Program-made: the position numbers and the translations under genes
NCBI GenBank assembly: GCA_000165345.1
Contig: CM000433.1
Location: 320,001-384,000 of the forward strand
DNA: 64,000 nucleotides
Direction: 5' to 3'
Part shown: positions 51,054-60,400 of the stretch, one piece after another
Layout: each line of letters opens with the position of its first letter
Numbering within the stretch: the first letter of the stretch is position 1
The notes under the pieces: generated by a model
What the model saw: only the letters and a program-made list of their open reading frames with translations
What the model was told of the DNA's origin: nothing
The model's database searches: none

Positions 51054-52178
51054 CTACTTTGTGTTTATTTTTTTTTTTTTAATGAACGCTAGATAAAGAG
51101 GCCCAATTCCATTATTTGAATCTGGAAGGATGTAAGAGCCAAATTTTGTATACTCAAAAACTATGATATTCTTCTCATTTCCTTCTATGTTAAAACACAA
51201 TTTTTCATTAGATTTTTCATCAAACTCCTCTTTCTTTAATTCATTTCTAATAGGTTTTAAGATTATTTTTACTTGGTCATACCTGTTATTAAACTCTTTT
51301 ATAATATTTAACATTAACTTAAAACAGTCATTCGTACTGATCTCTAAATTATTGCATATGCGTTCCACAGTGTAGTCATTTTCAATTTCATTTAAAGTGC
51401 ACGTACAATATAAGATTATTCCGTTGTCTTGCAACAGTCCTATCGCATTATTTATTATTTCAGCTTGACGTTCGGAATTTCTTTTTGCAAGCTTTATCGA
51501 CCAATGTTTAAAATCATTTGATAGAATCAAGTGACGGTCCGATGAGCAAGGAGCGTCGACCAAAATTTTCAAAAATCGGCTTTGCTTACGTAGTGAATAC
51601 AATAGCGAAGGACTTGTCGCATCATTTGAAATAGTAACTGCATTTACTCTATTTAGATCAAAGCTACCAATATGGCTTTGCAAAACTTTATTAAGTCTGC
51701 TGAACCGACCTTTATCATATTCGTTACAAGTTATATGACACATTTTATCTTTCTCACCATGTTTGTTAATGTCTTCTAAGATTCTTTTAATAATGATTAA
51801 AGCTTTACCTCCAGGAGCGGAGCACAGATCCAATACTGTAGAAAACCTGTCAATATCTAATAAATAGCTTACAATGATACTTGCTGCGTCCATAAAATAT
51901 ATACATTTTTCAGGAACAATCAATGGCTCATTTTCTAATAAATTGAATTTATTATCGTAAGTCAAATAGTATGTAAAGGGAAATACCCACCTTTTATAGA
52001 TTTTCCCGTTTATTTCTATCAGGTGTGCCTTACTTGAATCAAATTGGTTTACAACTGCAACGTGGCGTGGATTAGCTGATAAGGCAGGCAATAGAGACTT
52101 GTGAAGACGTTCTTTGGTAAATAAATATTCATGATACGCTATCCATCCAAACTTTCCACAAAGATTTGAAATTAACAT
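51054..52178 (-). CDS. NOL1/NOP2/Sun-family RNA (cytosine-5) methyltransferase
   Basis: SAM-binding LDLCSAPGGK and the two catalytic-Cys motifs DAPCSSD and CTCTL. Its stop codon lies 2 nt from the convergent upstream gene's stop. Confidence 0.8.
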   Translation of the reverse strand: MLISNLCGKFGWIAYHEYLFTKERLHKSLLPALSANPRHVAVVNQFDSSKAHLIEINGKIYKRWVFPFTYYLTYDNKFNLLENEPLIVPEKCIYFMDAASIIVSYLLDIDRFSTVLDLCSAPGGKALIIIKRILEDINKHGEKDKMCHITCNEYDKGRFSRLNKVLQSHIGSFDLNRVNAVTISNDATSPSLLYSLRKQSRFLKILVDAPCSSDRHLILSNDFKHWSIKLAKRNSERQAEIINNAIGLLQDNGIILYCTCTLNEIENDYTVERICNNLEISTNDCFKLMLNIIKEFNNRYDQVKIILKPIRNELKKEEFDEKSNEKLCFNIEGNEKNIIVFEYTKFGSYILPDSNNGIGPLYLAFIKKKKINTK

Positions 52179-52249
52179 AGTTTATGAAAGTAGAATGAAA
52201 TAATAAAAATCGGCGGTATCTAACAGCTTTTGACATTAAAATGGCTATT

Positions 52250-53608
52250 CTAATTTTGAGAAATATTCCAGAGATCAAGAGAGTTATTATCTAAAAAAAA
52301 TCTGTATGCATCTTCTTTTGAATGGCAATAGTAAATCTTCCATCTAAAAAAAATCCTTGAAGGCCTTACGCCTTCCCATATTAAACTACAGCTAGTTGTT
52401 GTTTCAATTGGTTGATCCCATTTAATGCGATTTAGAAGTAAGTTTTTATAGAACTTTATCGATTTTTTTGAGCCTTCCACTAAAATAATGCACGGGTCAA
52501 TAGAACTAATAACACAACAGCCTGTTAAATGGCAGTCATGTGCATTTCTATCAATCTTGAAAATATACCTTTTGTTCTTAAGACTACCAATTTTAAATAT
52601 TGCAGCATGCACTATTGGATTATTTTGATCCAACTTCCATTTATTTTCTTTCTTTTTACACTTATCTTCCTGATTATGCTTTAATGGCGCATTTCTATCT
52701 TCATGCAGCTTTATCCTCTCTTCTTTCTGTTTCTTTATTTCAAGCTCAATATTTGAAGGTTCAGCGACTACTTTTTCGTTTAAAATGTTATGTAAATTTG
52801 AGAGTTTAAGTATGGGTCTAAGAGGAGATTCAATACCCATTCGAATTCGATCTTGCCTTTCCATTTCTTTTTCTTGTCGATTCATTCTACGAAGTCGTGC
52901 TTTTTCCTTTTTTGTTAGGAAAATAACAGATGAAACATTTTCGTCAGGATCAAAGTAAGGTTCTAAAGGAACAGGATGCTCAATTAGATTACTTATCTTA
53001 GAAACTAATATTTCAAATGGGAATTCATCTTCTGAAACATTCTCCTTTGGCTTAACAAAAGGCATATCCCAATGCTCAAGTTCCGGAATTAGAACTTTAG
53101 AAAAAACACTTTCATCATTCAAAAAAAATAACTCTTCTACTTGCCTCCTTTTTTTCCTAGAAACAAGATCAGGATCATTTAGTTCAATCTCTGCTCTAGA
53201 AAATACTCCTTTCCTAATAAATCTTAAAGCTTTTTTGGATTTCTGTTTGATAATTAATCGTGGATCAGTAAATTCTGTACATCTCTTTTGAGCAATTGAG
53301 TTTAACTTAGGTTCTTTCACATTTAAAGCTTCGATGCAAGAAAATTTATGCTCACTATTTGATGTGGGTTTAGACGAAACAAGAGTGTAATTATTTTCCA
53401 AATTCAAATGCCCATTTTCAGTTGTCTTTATAATTAGTTCGTTAACATCAGCTTTTGAATGTAATATTGATAAATTCTTTTCGATTCTACTTTGTATTGC
53501 AAGAGCTTTCTTTGCTTTTTCTAAAAGCAGTTTATCATCATGACTTGAATTTAGTTGCGTAGCCTCACTTTTATTTGATGACAATTCATTATTTTTAATT
53601 TCAAACAT
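52250..53608 (-). CDS. PRP3: U4/U6 snRNP protein PRP3. The track start 53617 is TTG; the first ATG is 53608.
   Basis: The C-terminal region (…HLTGCCVISSIDPCIILVEGSKKSIKFYKNLLLNRIKW) matches the PRP3 C-terminal DUF1115 pattern. The central basic region is also PRP3-like. Confidence 0.7.
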   Translation of the reverse strand: MFEIKNNELSSNKSEATQLNSSHDDKLLLEKAKKALAIQSRIEKNLSILHSKADVNELIIKTTENGHLNLENNYTLVSSKPTSNSEHKFSCIEALNVKEPKLNSIAQKRCTEFTDPRLIIKQKSKKALRFIRKGVFSRAEIELNDPDLVSRKKRRQVEELFFLNDESVFSKVLIPELEHWDMPFVKPKENVSEDEFPFEILVSKISNLIEHPVPLEPYFDPDENVSSVIFLTKKEKARLRRMNRQEKEMERQDRIRMGIESPLRPILKLSNLHNILNEKVVAEPSNIELEIKKQKEERIKLHEDRNAPLKHNQEDKCKKKENKWKLDQNNPIVHAAIFKIGSLKNKRYIFKIDRNAHDCHLTGCCVISSIDPCIILVEGSKKSIKFYKNLLLNRIKWDQPIETTTSCSLIWEGVRPSRIFFRWKIYYCHSKEDAYRFFLDNNSLDLWNISQN

Positions 53609-53774
53609 TATCTTCAAATAAATTCATTATTGGCGAGCAAAAAAAAAAAATAATAGCCGCCTGATAGTAATTTAGTACCGGTCCTACATGTAAAATTAGC
53701 AAATGGGGAAATATAAAAAAAAAATGTCTTGACATTTTGTGATACTGAAATACATAACAAAAATACAAATTAAA

Positions 53775-53810
53775 ATGGCGACCTCCCAATTAAGCAAGCA
53801 AACACAGCAA
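53775..53810 (+). CDS. HORMA-domain protein, exon 1 (12 codons MATSQLSKQTQQ; donor CAA|GTAAGT at 53811)
   Basis: The ATG at 53775 is followed after 36 nt by GTAAGT. The 52-nt intron 53811..53862 ends at TTATTATCAG, in phase with exon 2. Confidence 0.5.
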
Positions 53811-53862
53811 GTAAGTTTGATTTAAATGAAATTGAACTCCATATATTGTTATTTATTATCAG

Positions 53863-55047
53863 CAAGTAACAGATATTCAATCTTTGAATATGATGAGAAA
53901 TACAATTAGAACCGCAGTATCTTCAGTTGCGTATTTGAGAAATTTGTTCGATGAAGAGGCGTTTGAAGATAAAAATGTTTCTGGATTACAACTTAAAGTG
54001 TTGAGGCCTTTTAACCAAGAGTCTAAATTAATTTTAAATTGGCTAGAAGATGGAGTATTTGACGCTTTAGAAAAACAGTATTTAAAGTTACTAGTTTTTG
54101 GAATACATGGTGAGTGCGATGAGCTCATTGAAAGCTACCACTTCCACTTCAACTATTCTGAAAAAGGGACTAATATTAATTTGAAACGTAAATCTAAAGA
54201 GAAGGAGACATCAAATTCGCAAGAGATTAATAATTTTGGATGTTGCACCAAAGAATATGCTAGACAACAAACGGTCCAATTATTGCGTGCGTTGATTTTA
54301 TTAACGCAGTCATTATCCCCACTACCTGAATCTAGATATATGTCTATGAAGCTTTGGTATTACGAAGACCGTGTTCCAAATGATTATGAACCAAATCACT
54401 TTAGACCCGCGAGGTCGTCTGATATACTATCATTCAATGAAATTCCCATTGATACTGTTGTTGGTAATGTTGATACCAAATTTCATACCTTATCTGTAAA
54501 AGTTAAAAGTGCTGTTGAGAATTATAATGATAGCTCTGAACTGAATTTATACACGAATTTGAGTGCAAGTCAATTAAAAAAAAAAGAAAAAATACCAGAA
54601 AAGCAAGAGTTATTGAAAATTCAAACTTTTAGCAATGATAAAATAAAAGAAAGAACTGATGAGGAGTTAACAGCAGGCTCATCAACTGAATCTAAACAAA
54701 TAAAATTAAACGAATTAATTCCAAATCATAACGGTTCGCCTACCGATGATAGGACTATTAAAACAATTAATTCAGTTGAACTACTTGAGAAGGCTACTGA
54801 AGTAGTAAAATTTCTTAAATTCGTAAACAAAGGAAACCTTGCTATGGCTCTTGATATTGAAAAAGAGAGGGCTAGTAATCTTATTGAAATATTATTAGAT
54901 AATGGCCATCTATTAAACAAAGTTGTGAAGGGGAAAGGATATCCCGTAAAAGAGAGAGAAATTGGTGAAAGAAGAGTTAAAAATAAAAGTATTTGCAAAA
55001 AGAGAATGACAAAAAGAAAGATTGATGAAAAAAATACCAAGAATTAA
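53863..55047 (+). CDS. HORMA-domain protein (Hop1/HORMAD-like), exon 2
   Basis: TAVSSVAYLRNLFDEEAF ... LILNWLEDGVFDALEKQYLKLLVFGIH resembles the HORMAD1/Hop1 HORMA motif set as I recall it (...SVSCITYLRGIFPE... ...LVKWMLGCYDALQKKYLRMVVLAVY). The track start 53884 is TTG. Confidence 0.7.
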   Translation, partial: QVTDIQSLNMMRNTIRTAVSSVAYLRNLFDEEAFEDKNVSGLQLKVLRPFNQESKLILNWLEDGVFDALEKQYLKLLVFGIHGECDELIESYHFHFNYSEKGTNINLKRKSKEKETSNSQEINNFGCCTKEYARQQTVQLLRALILLTQSLSPLPESRYMSMKLWYYEDRVPNDYEPNHFRPARSSDILSFNEIPIDTVVGNVDTKFHTLSVKVKSAVENYNDSSELNLYTNLSASQLKKKEKIPEKQELLKIQTFSNDKIKERTDEELTAGSSTESKQIKLNELIPNHNGSPTDDRTIKTINSVELLEKATEVVKFLKFVNKGNLAMALDIEKERASNLIEILLDNGHLLNKVVKGKGYPVKEREIGERRVKNKSICKKRMTKRKIDEKNTKN

Positions 55048-55113
55048 AGAATGACAAAAAAGTCTGCGAAGATAATTATTACCTCAAATATATTAACTGT
55101 ATAGATAAACTCC

Positions 55114-55662
55114 TTATGAGCTAGTTCCTCTTCCTCTAAAACCTCTGGGAGATGCCCCTCTTGCAAATCCTCTTCCTCTTACACCTCTACTTTGACCACC
55201 ACGGCCTGGTGAGCCATTAAAACCTCTTTTTTTTCCTATTGCAGCCTCCCCAGTTTTTTTGGTAGTTTTTTGAGTAGATGGCTTTGGTAAGAATCTCGAC
55301 ATTGGCAATAATTGTTGAGGATCGATAAAAATTTTGGTCCCTGTAACGAAAGACTCAGCTTTAACTCCATTGTTCATTTTAATAGAAAAGAAATAGGTGT
55401 TGATAGGGCCAAGAATTTCGTCAACCTTTCCTATTTCTTCTTTATTCTCTAGGAATATTCTTCCATTGAAGTATGGAACTTGGTCGTTAAGGAAGCTTTT
55501 GCATACTAGCTCGTGCTCGCTTGAATGCAGCACCTCTCCCAATTCAGTTATTGAGGATGGGGGACCTGAAAATGAGGGTCTGCCATTTGAAGGTACACCG
55601 CCTTTGCCACGTGAGCTACCTCGACCACCACGAAAGTTTCCACGGCTACCTCTTGCTGACAT
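55114..55662 (-). CDS. GAR1: H/ACA snoRNP protein GAR1
   Basis: Gar1 core (GRIFLENKEEIGKVDEILGPINTYFFSIKMN) flanked on both sides by RGG/GAR repeats. Confidence 0.85.
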   Translation of the reverse strand: MSARGSRGNFRGGRGSSRGKGGVPSNGRPSFSGPPSSITELGEVLHSSEHELVCKSFLNDQVPYFNGRIFLENKEEIGKVDEILGPINTYFFSIKMNNGVKAESFVTGTKIFIDPQQLLPMSRFLPKPSTQKTTKKTGEAAIGKKRGFNGSPGRGGQSRGVRGRGFARGASPRGFRGRGTSS

Positions 55663-55728
55663 TTTTTTTTTTTTTGTTAAATACTATTATTTATCCGCCT
55701 CTCCGGCTAAAGTCAAAACGACATTATA

Positions 55729-55736
55729 TGGCGCCT
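55729..55736. promoter_or_regulatory. TGGCGCCT (palindromic GGCGCC core) about 70 nt upstream of the GAR1 ATG on the minus strand
   Basis: attatatGGCGCCtacag. Confidence 0.3.
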
Positions 55737-56004
55737 ACAGACATTTAATTATTTGGTTAATGCAAAGCTTGACTAACCACCTGTTCTAACTACACTTTAA
55801 ATATTTAAACATTGAGAAAGAAAATCTTGAGCTTCTTCTTCTGACTCCGAACTCTCACTCTATTTTGTATTTATAATATCTAACTATTTTAAAAAGTTTT
55901 AAAGAAAACTTACCACGTATCTCAAATCAATTTGCCATAGCGCACTATTTGAGTTAATTAAATATAGCATATCCCTGAACATCTTTCTAAATATATTAAG
56001 TAGG

Positions 56005-56548
56005 TTAATGTATTTTATCACTTACATGCCTGATATTTTTTCCAGTTAGTGCTGAAGTTTTCCAAAGACGAATGAACATTCTGCTAGCAAAGTCTTCAAT
56101 CCTGAATAAGTTAAGCTCAAAATTTTTTGTTTCTGTATCTTTGTCGACTTTATTTGCGCATAAAAAAACAACAGGTTTAATAGATGATATGGATAATTCC
56201 GAAATAGATTGAAATTTCTGGTACAGCAACTCGATCGCCTTAATTGAATCAATATCATTTATATCGCATACAAAAATGAACCCCATTCTTCCCTGAGTCA
56301 AAGGTAAATATTTTTGGCCTGCAGCAAGAGGAACTTTGGGAGGCCTCCATATTTTAAATGGAATTATATCTTTTGTCCCAGGTGGGATGAATAATTCTCT
56401 TCGGGCCATATTGAAATATCTATTGACAAATTGATCATTTATATAACTTGATTCTATTCCTGGAAGGTCTTCAATTTCTAAGCACAATGAAATAGGGTCA
56501 CCAATTTCCGAATCTTCCGGAGGAAGTCTTACAGTTCGATAGTAAACT
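56005..56548 (-). CDS. Divergent Ras-superfamily small GTPase, exon 2 (G3 IEDLPG, G4 CANKVDKD, G5 TSALTGKNI)
   Basis: The junction reads NLPE|VYYRTVRL, which aligns to Ras YDPTIEDSYRKQVVI. There is no C-terminal prenylation motif. Confidence 0.6.
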
Positions 56549-56610
56549 CTATAATTAAACATGAGTCGTTAATATGCTAGATATATATATTTGCAATAAA
56601 TAAAACATAC

Positions 56611-56747
56611 TCAGGTAAGTTCGAGGTTGAATAACCAACAAAGTTGTTGTTCACGAACAAATTTGCAATACTAGATTTTCCTGATTTTGGTGGCCCTATC
56701 AGTGTAATCCTAACAAGCGGAAATGACTGATATTCAGGTTTCAACAT
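56611..56747 (-). CDS. Divergent Ras-superfamily small GTPase, exon 1 (P-loop GPPKSGKSS; donor GA|GTATGT)
   Basis: I hand-translated MLKPEYQSFPLVRITLIGPPKSGKSSIANLFVNNNFVGYSTSNLPE from the ATG at 56747. A 62-nt intron 56549..56610 (GTATGT...TATAG) joins it in phase to the 56562 ORF. Confidence 0.6.
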
Positions 56748-56904
56748 TTTACATCATTCCAAATTATTTATTCTTTACATAATATTTTTACCGGCAACAA
56801 TCATGTGTGATGGAGTTTTTAGATCAAAATAATTAATTATTTAAATTAGTGCTAAAATAATAATTGAAAGAAGTTAAAGCAGATTTCTTAAAAGTTTAAG
56901 AAAC

Positions 56905-56924
56905 TATATATATATATATATATA
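56905..56924. repeat. (TA)10 dinucleotide microsatellite in the intergenic region
   Basis: Read directly: tatatatatatatatatata. Confidence 0.9.
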
Positions 56925-57180
56925 GTGTCATTTTTATTATTAGTACTATTCATTATTTCTAAATACCATTTCTTTTTAAAAATAATTGTTTTTAAAGCAT
57001 TATTTAACATTATTACTTAATAATAGTACTAGAAGAGTACAATAATTATGCAATCGAAATTATTTAAGGCTTAATTTTTACTCCAACAACTGATTTCTTA
57101 TTTTTATTTTTCATGCTTTAGACAAAACTGTTTATGCAATAAAAACATTAAGCTTACCCGGGATTAGCTTCATGGGTGTT

Positions 57181-57189
57181 TTTGGCGCC
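57181..57189. promoter_or_regulatory. TTTGGCGCC E2F-like site about 290 nt upstream of the NEMF ATG
   Basis: gtgttTTTGGCGCCtaaatt. Confidence 0.3.
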
Positions 57190-57477
57190 TAAATTACTTG
57201 CAAGCATTGCCTATATGTATTAAATTATTAAAAATCAAAGCTCAAAACAAGCAATTAGCTCCGTAGTTATTCAAGGCCAGAGATTTTATTGGTGTGAAAT
57301 AGTGAATTTCTATATCTTGATAAATATCGGCTGCTTAGAGGTTATTTCCTGAATTTTCTTTGCTGCGTGCAAACAAATCAATAAATTTAATAAGTGGATT
57401 AATTGAATGTGAAAGGCAAAGGAAGGATAAACGACTAATTTCATCAAAATTTATTACAATTCGTGTAGTTTTACAAG

Positions 57478-60400
57478 ATGGTTAAGAGTCGTATGACTTC
57501 TGTCGATATCTGTGCTATGGTGCATGGCATTTCGAAAGATTTAAAGGGTCAGAAACTGATAAACATTTATGATATCAATAGCCGAACATACTTATTTAAA
57601 TTTGGAGGAGAAGAAAAAAAATTTTTATTGGTAGAGTCTGGAATTCGATTCCACACTACTCAATGGAAACGCGAAAATGAACACAAAACTTCTGTTTCAA
57701 GTATTTCATTTTTCAATAGTAAGCTTAGACGCTATATCCGTAATAAAAAGTTGGATGATATTTCTCAAATGGGTATGGACAGAATAGTTAAACTTACGTT
57801 TGGATTTGGAGATAATACTTTTTATCTTATTTTTGAGTTTTTTGTTGCAGGTAATATAATTTTGACAGACTGCAATTATAAAATCTTAGTAATTCTTAGA
57901 GACACAAATGATTTGTCGATTGGGAAATATTATAATTGGAAAGACTGTGAGGCTGTTTTGTCTCCTTCTCGTTCCATTTCATCTCCAATAAAGTCTTCGT
58001 TTACAAAGAATTTTAATGATCCTTTACGATTGCTGAGTAATTTGAAAAATTACAATAATATGAAAGAAGAGCTCAGAAAAATATTTAATGAGCTAGAGCA
58101 TATTGATTCAAACAAGGAGGAATCAGAAATTTCATATTCAAAAAAGCGAAAGCAGGCTGAAAAAAATAATTCTGGGGTTACTATTTTAGATGTATTTAGC
58201 CGGATTATGAAGTCTTTTCATCTTTCAATACTTGAAAAGCTATTAGAATCAGAGGGCATCGCTGCGAACGAGCCATTTACTTTTTCTATGATTGATGAGA
58301 TTTCAGAGAAGTTTATTAATTGCATTAATAAAGCTTCAGACGCATTATCACATATATTTAACCATAATTATAAAGGCATCCTCATCATTGAAGTTCCTTC
58401 CGAAAAAGAAATACTACAGGGTGACACTATTTTGAATAATCAGACATCATTCACTGGGAATAATGAGCATGAATCTAAGGAAAAGGTTTATATTTCCTAT
58501 AGTCCCTATATTGAAGGGCATAGCTGGATATCCGGAGCGCAAACTATTCCAAAAGGAATAATAATCAGTAGAGTTTTGGATAACTTTTGCAAATGTGTTG
58601 ATGAATTTTACAGTTCAATTGACATTGTGAAAGAGTCTAAATTTGCTACTCAAGAGCACAAAACTATATATAGCAAAGTTGATAAAGTGAAAATTGACCA
58701 AGAAAGGCGTCTTGAAGGCCTGTCTTCTGAAAAGGAAGCATGCATAGTTCGTGCAAAGTTCATGGAGTCTCATCAAGAAATACTGGAAAAAATTCTACAA
58801 TTAATTAGGCACTTAATTGCAACGGGCGCTCAATGGCAAGATATTTGGAATGAAATTCAACAGCAAAAGAAAAACAATCATCCGCTTGCAAGACATATTA
58901 AGTCATTAAACCTTAAGGATGATAAAGTTAAGATTTTATTTTCCCAAAGGGATTTAGGCTCGGAAACTACACCAGTAGTTGATCAAATAGGAAAGAGTAT
59001 TGAATTTGACTTGATAATCTCAAAATCTATCCAGTCAAATATTAGATTTCAGTACATGGAAAGCAAGGCTCTTGCAGAAAAATTTGAGAAAACGCAGCTC
59101 GCATATAAAATAGCACTTAAAAAAGTCACTAATATTGCAAAGAAAGATGCAGAAAAGGCATCTAAGGGTTTAGTATCAAATGTTCCAAGAATTAAAAAGT
59201 TGAGGGCACAATATTGGTTTGAAAAATTTTATTGGTTTATATCATCTGATGGATATTTAATTATTGGTGGGCATGACGCTAGTCAAAATGAACTCCTTTT
59301 CAGAAGATATTTAGAAAAAAATGACAGATATATTCATGCAGATATTCATGGCGCAACTACATGTATTGTGAAAAATACTAACAATGTGCAAGATATACCA
59401 TTAAACACATTATGTGAGGCAGGACAAATGAGTATATGCTATAGTAAGGCTTGGGTTAATAAAACTGTAATTTCTGCATGGTGGGTTTATCCAGATCAAG
59501 TAAGCAAAAATGCTCCAAGTGGAGAATATTTAAGTACCGGAAGCTTTGTTATTCGTGGTAAGAAAAATTTTTTACCTCCTTTAAAACTTGAAATGGGCTG
59601 TGCATTATACTTTATAAAAAGCAAACAAAATTTCAACCAAGTTGATAGTAATTGTAACAAAATAACACCTTTAAGCATACAACCAAATAATAACACAGAA
59701 GAATCCAAAGCTGATGATAGTAATCAAGATGATTCAGCAGAAATATCTGAATTAAAAGTTGAGAGCGATTCAGGAGATGATGCAGACGAAGAATCAGATT
59801 TTGAATCAAATTTATTAGAAAGGTTTGCCGAAGGGAAACATCAAAATTCTGCGCATGTAAGGTTTTCGGTCGGAGATGTAAGCGATATTATTCCTCCAAT
59901 TAAAATAGAACACCGCGTACAATTTGATGAATTACCACCTGAATTATTGCTTTCAAGACCATTTAATCCTTTGTCAATTGATGAAGCAAGTAACCAAACC
60001 TCTTCAGTAAATAGTCTTGAAAGCTTAAGCAAACTAGCAAGCAAAGTCTCTATCGATACTAGCTCGTCAGATAGTGAAAGCGAGAAGTCTGTTACAACTC
60101 TTTTAAGAGTCAATAATTCATGTGCAGACGAAAGTAATCATTTGAAAACCGAAATTAAATCGCCAAATCTTTTATGCACTCCCAAAAACTCAAGTAGAAG
60201 ATCTTCCGTTGATGAGGGACCACCTCCTTTAGGATTTTCAGCTTCAACTTTGCCAACACCTGCGGAGTTACTTTCTCATAAAGTGGAATTTCCTGTAGCA
60301 ATTTCTTCCTCTTCTTCTGAGGAAGTCTTAGATAATACGGGTTTTACAAATAAAGCAAATAGAGATAGTTCTGAAGCTGATAGCAATAAAAATACAAGCA

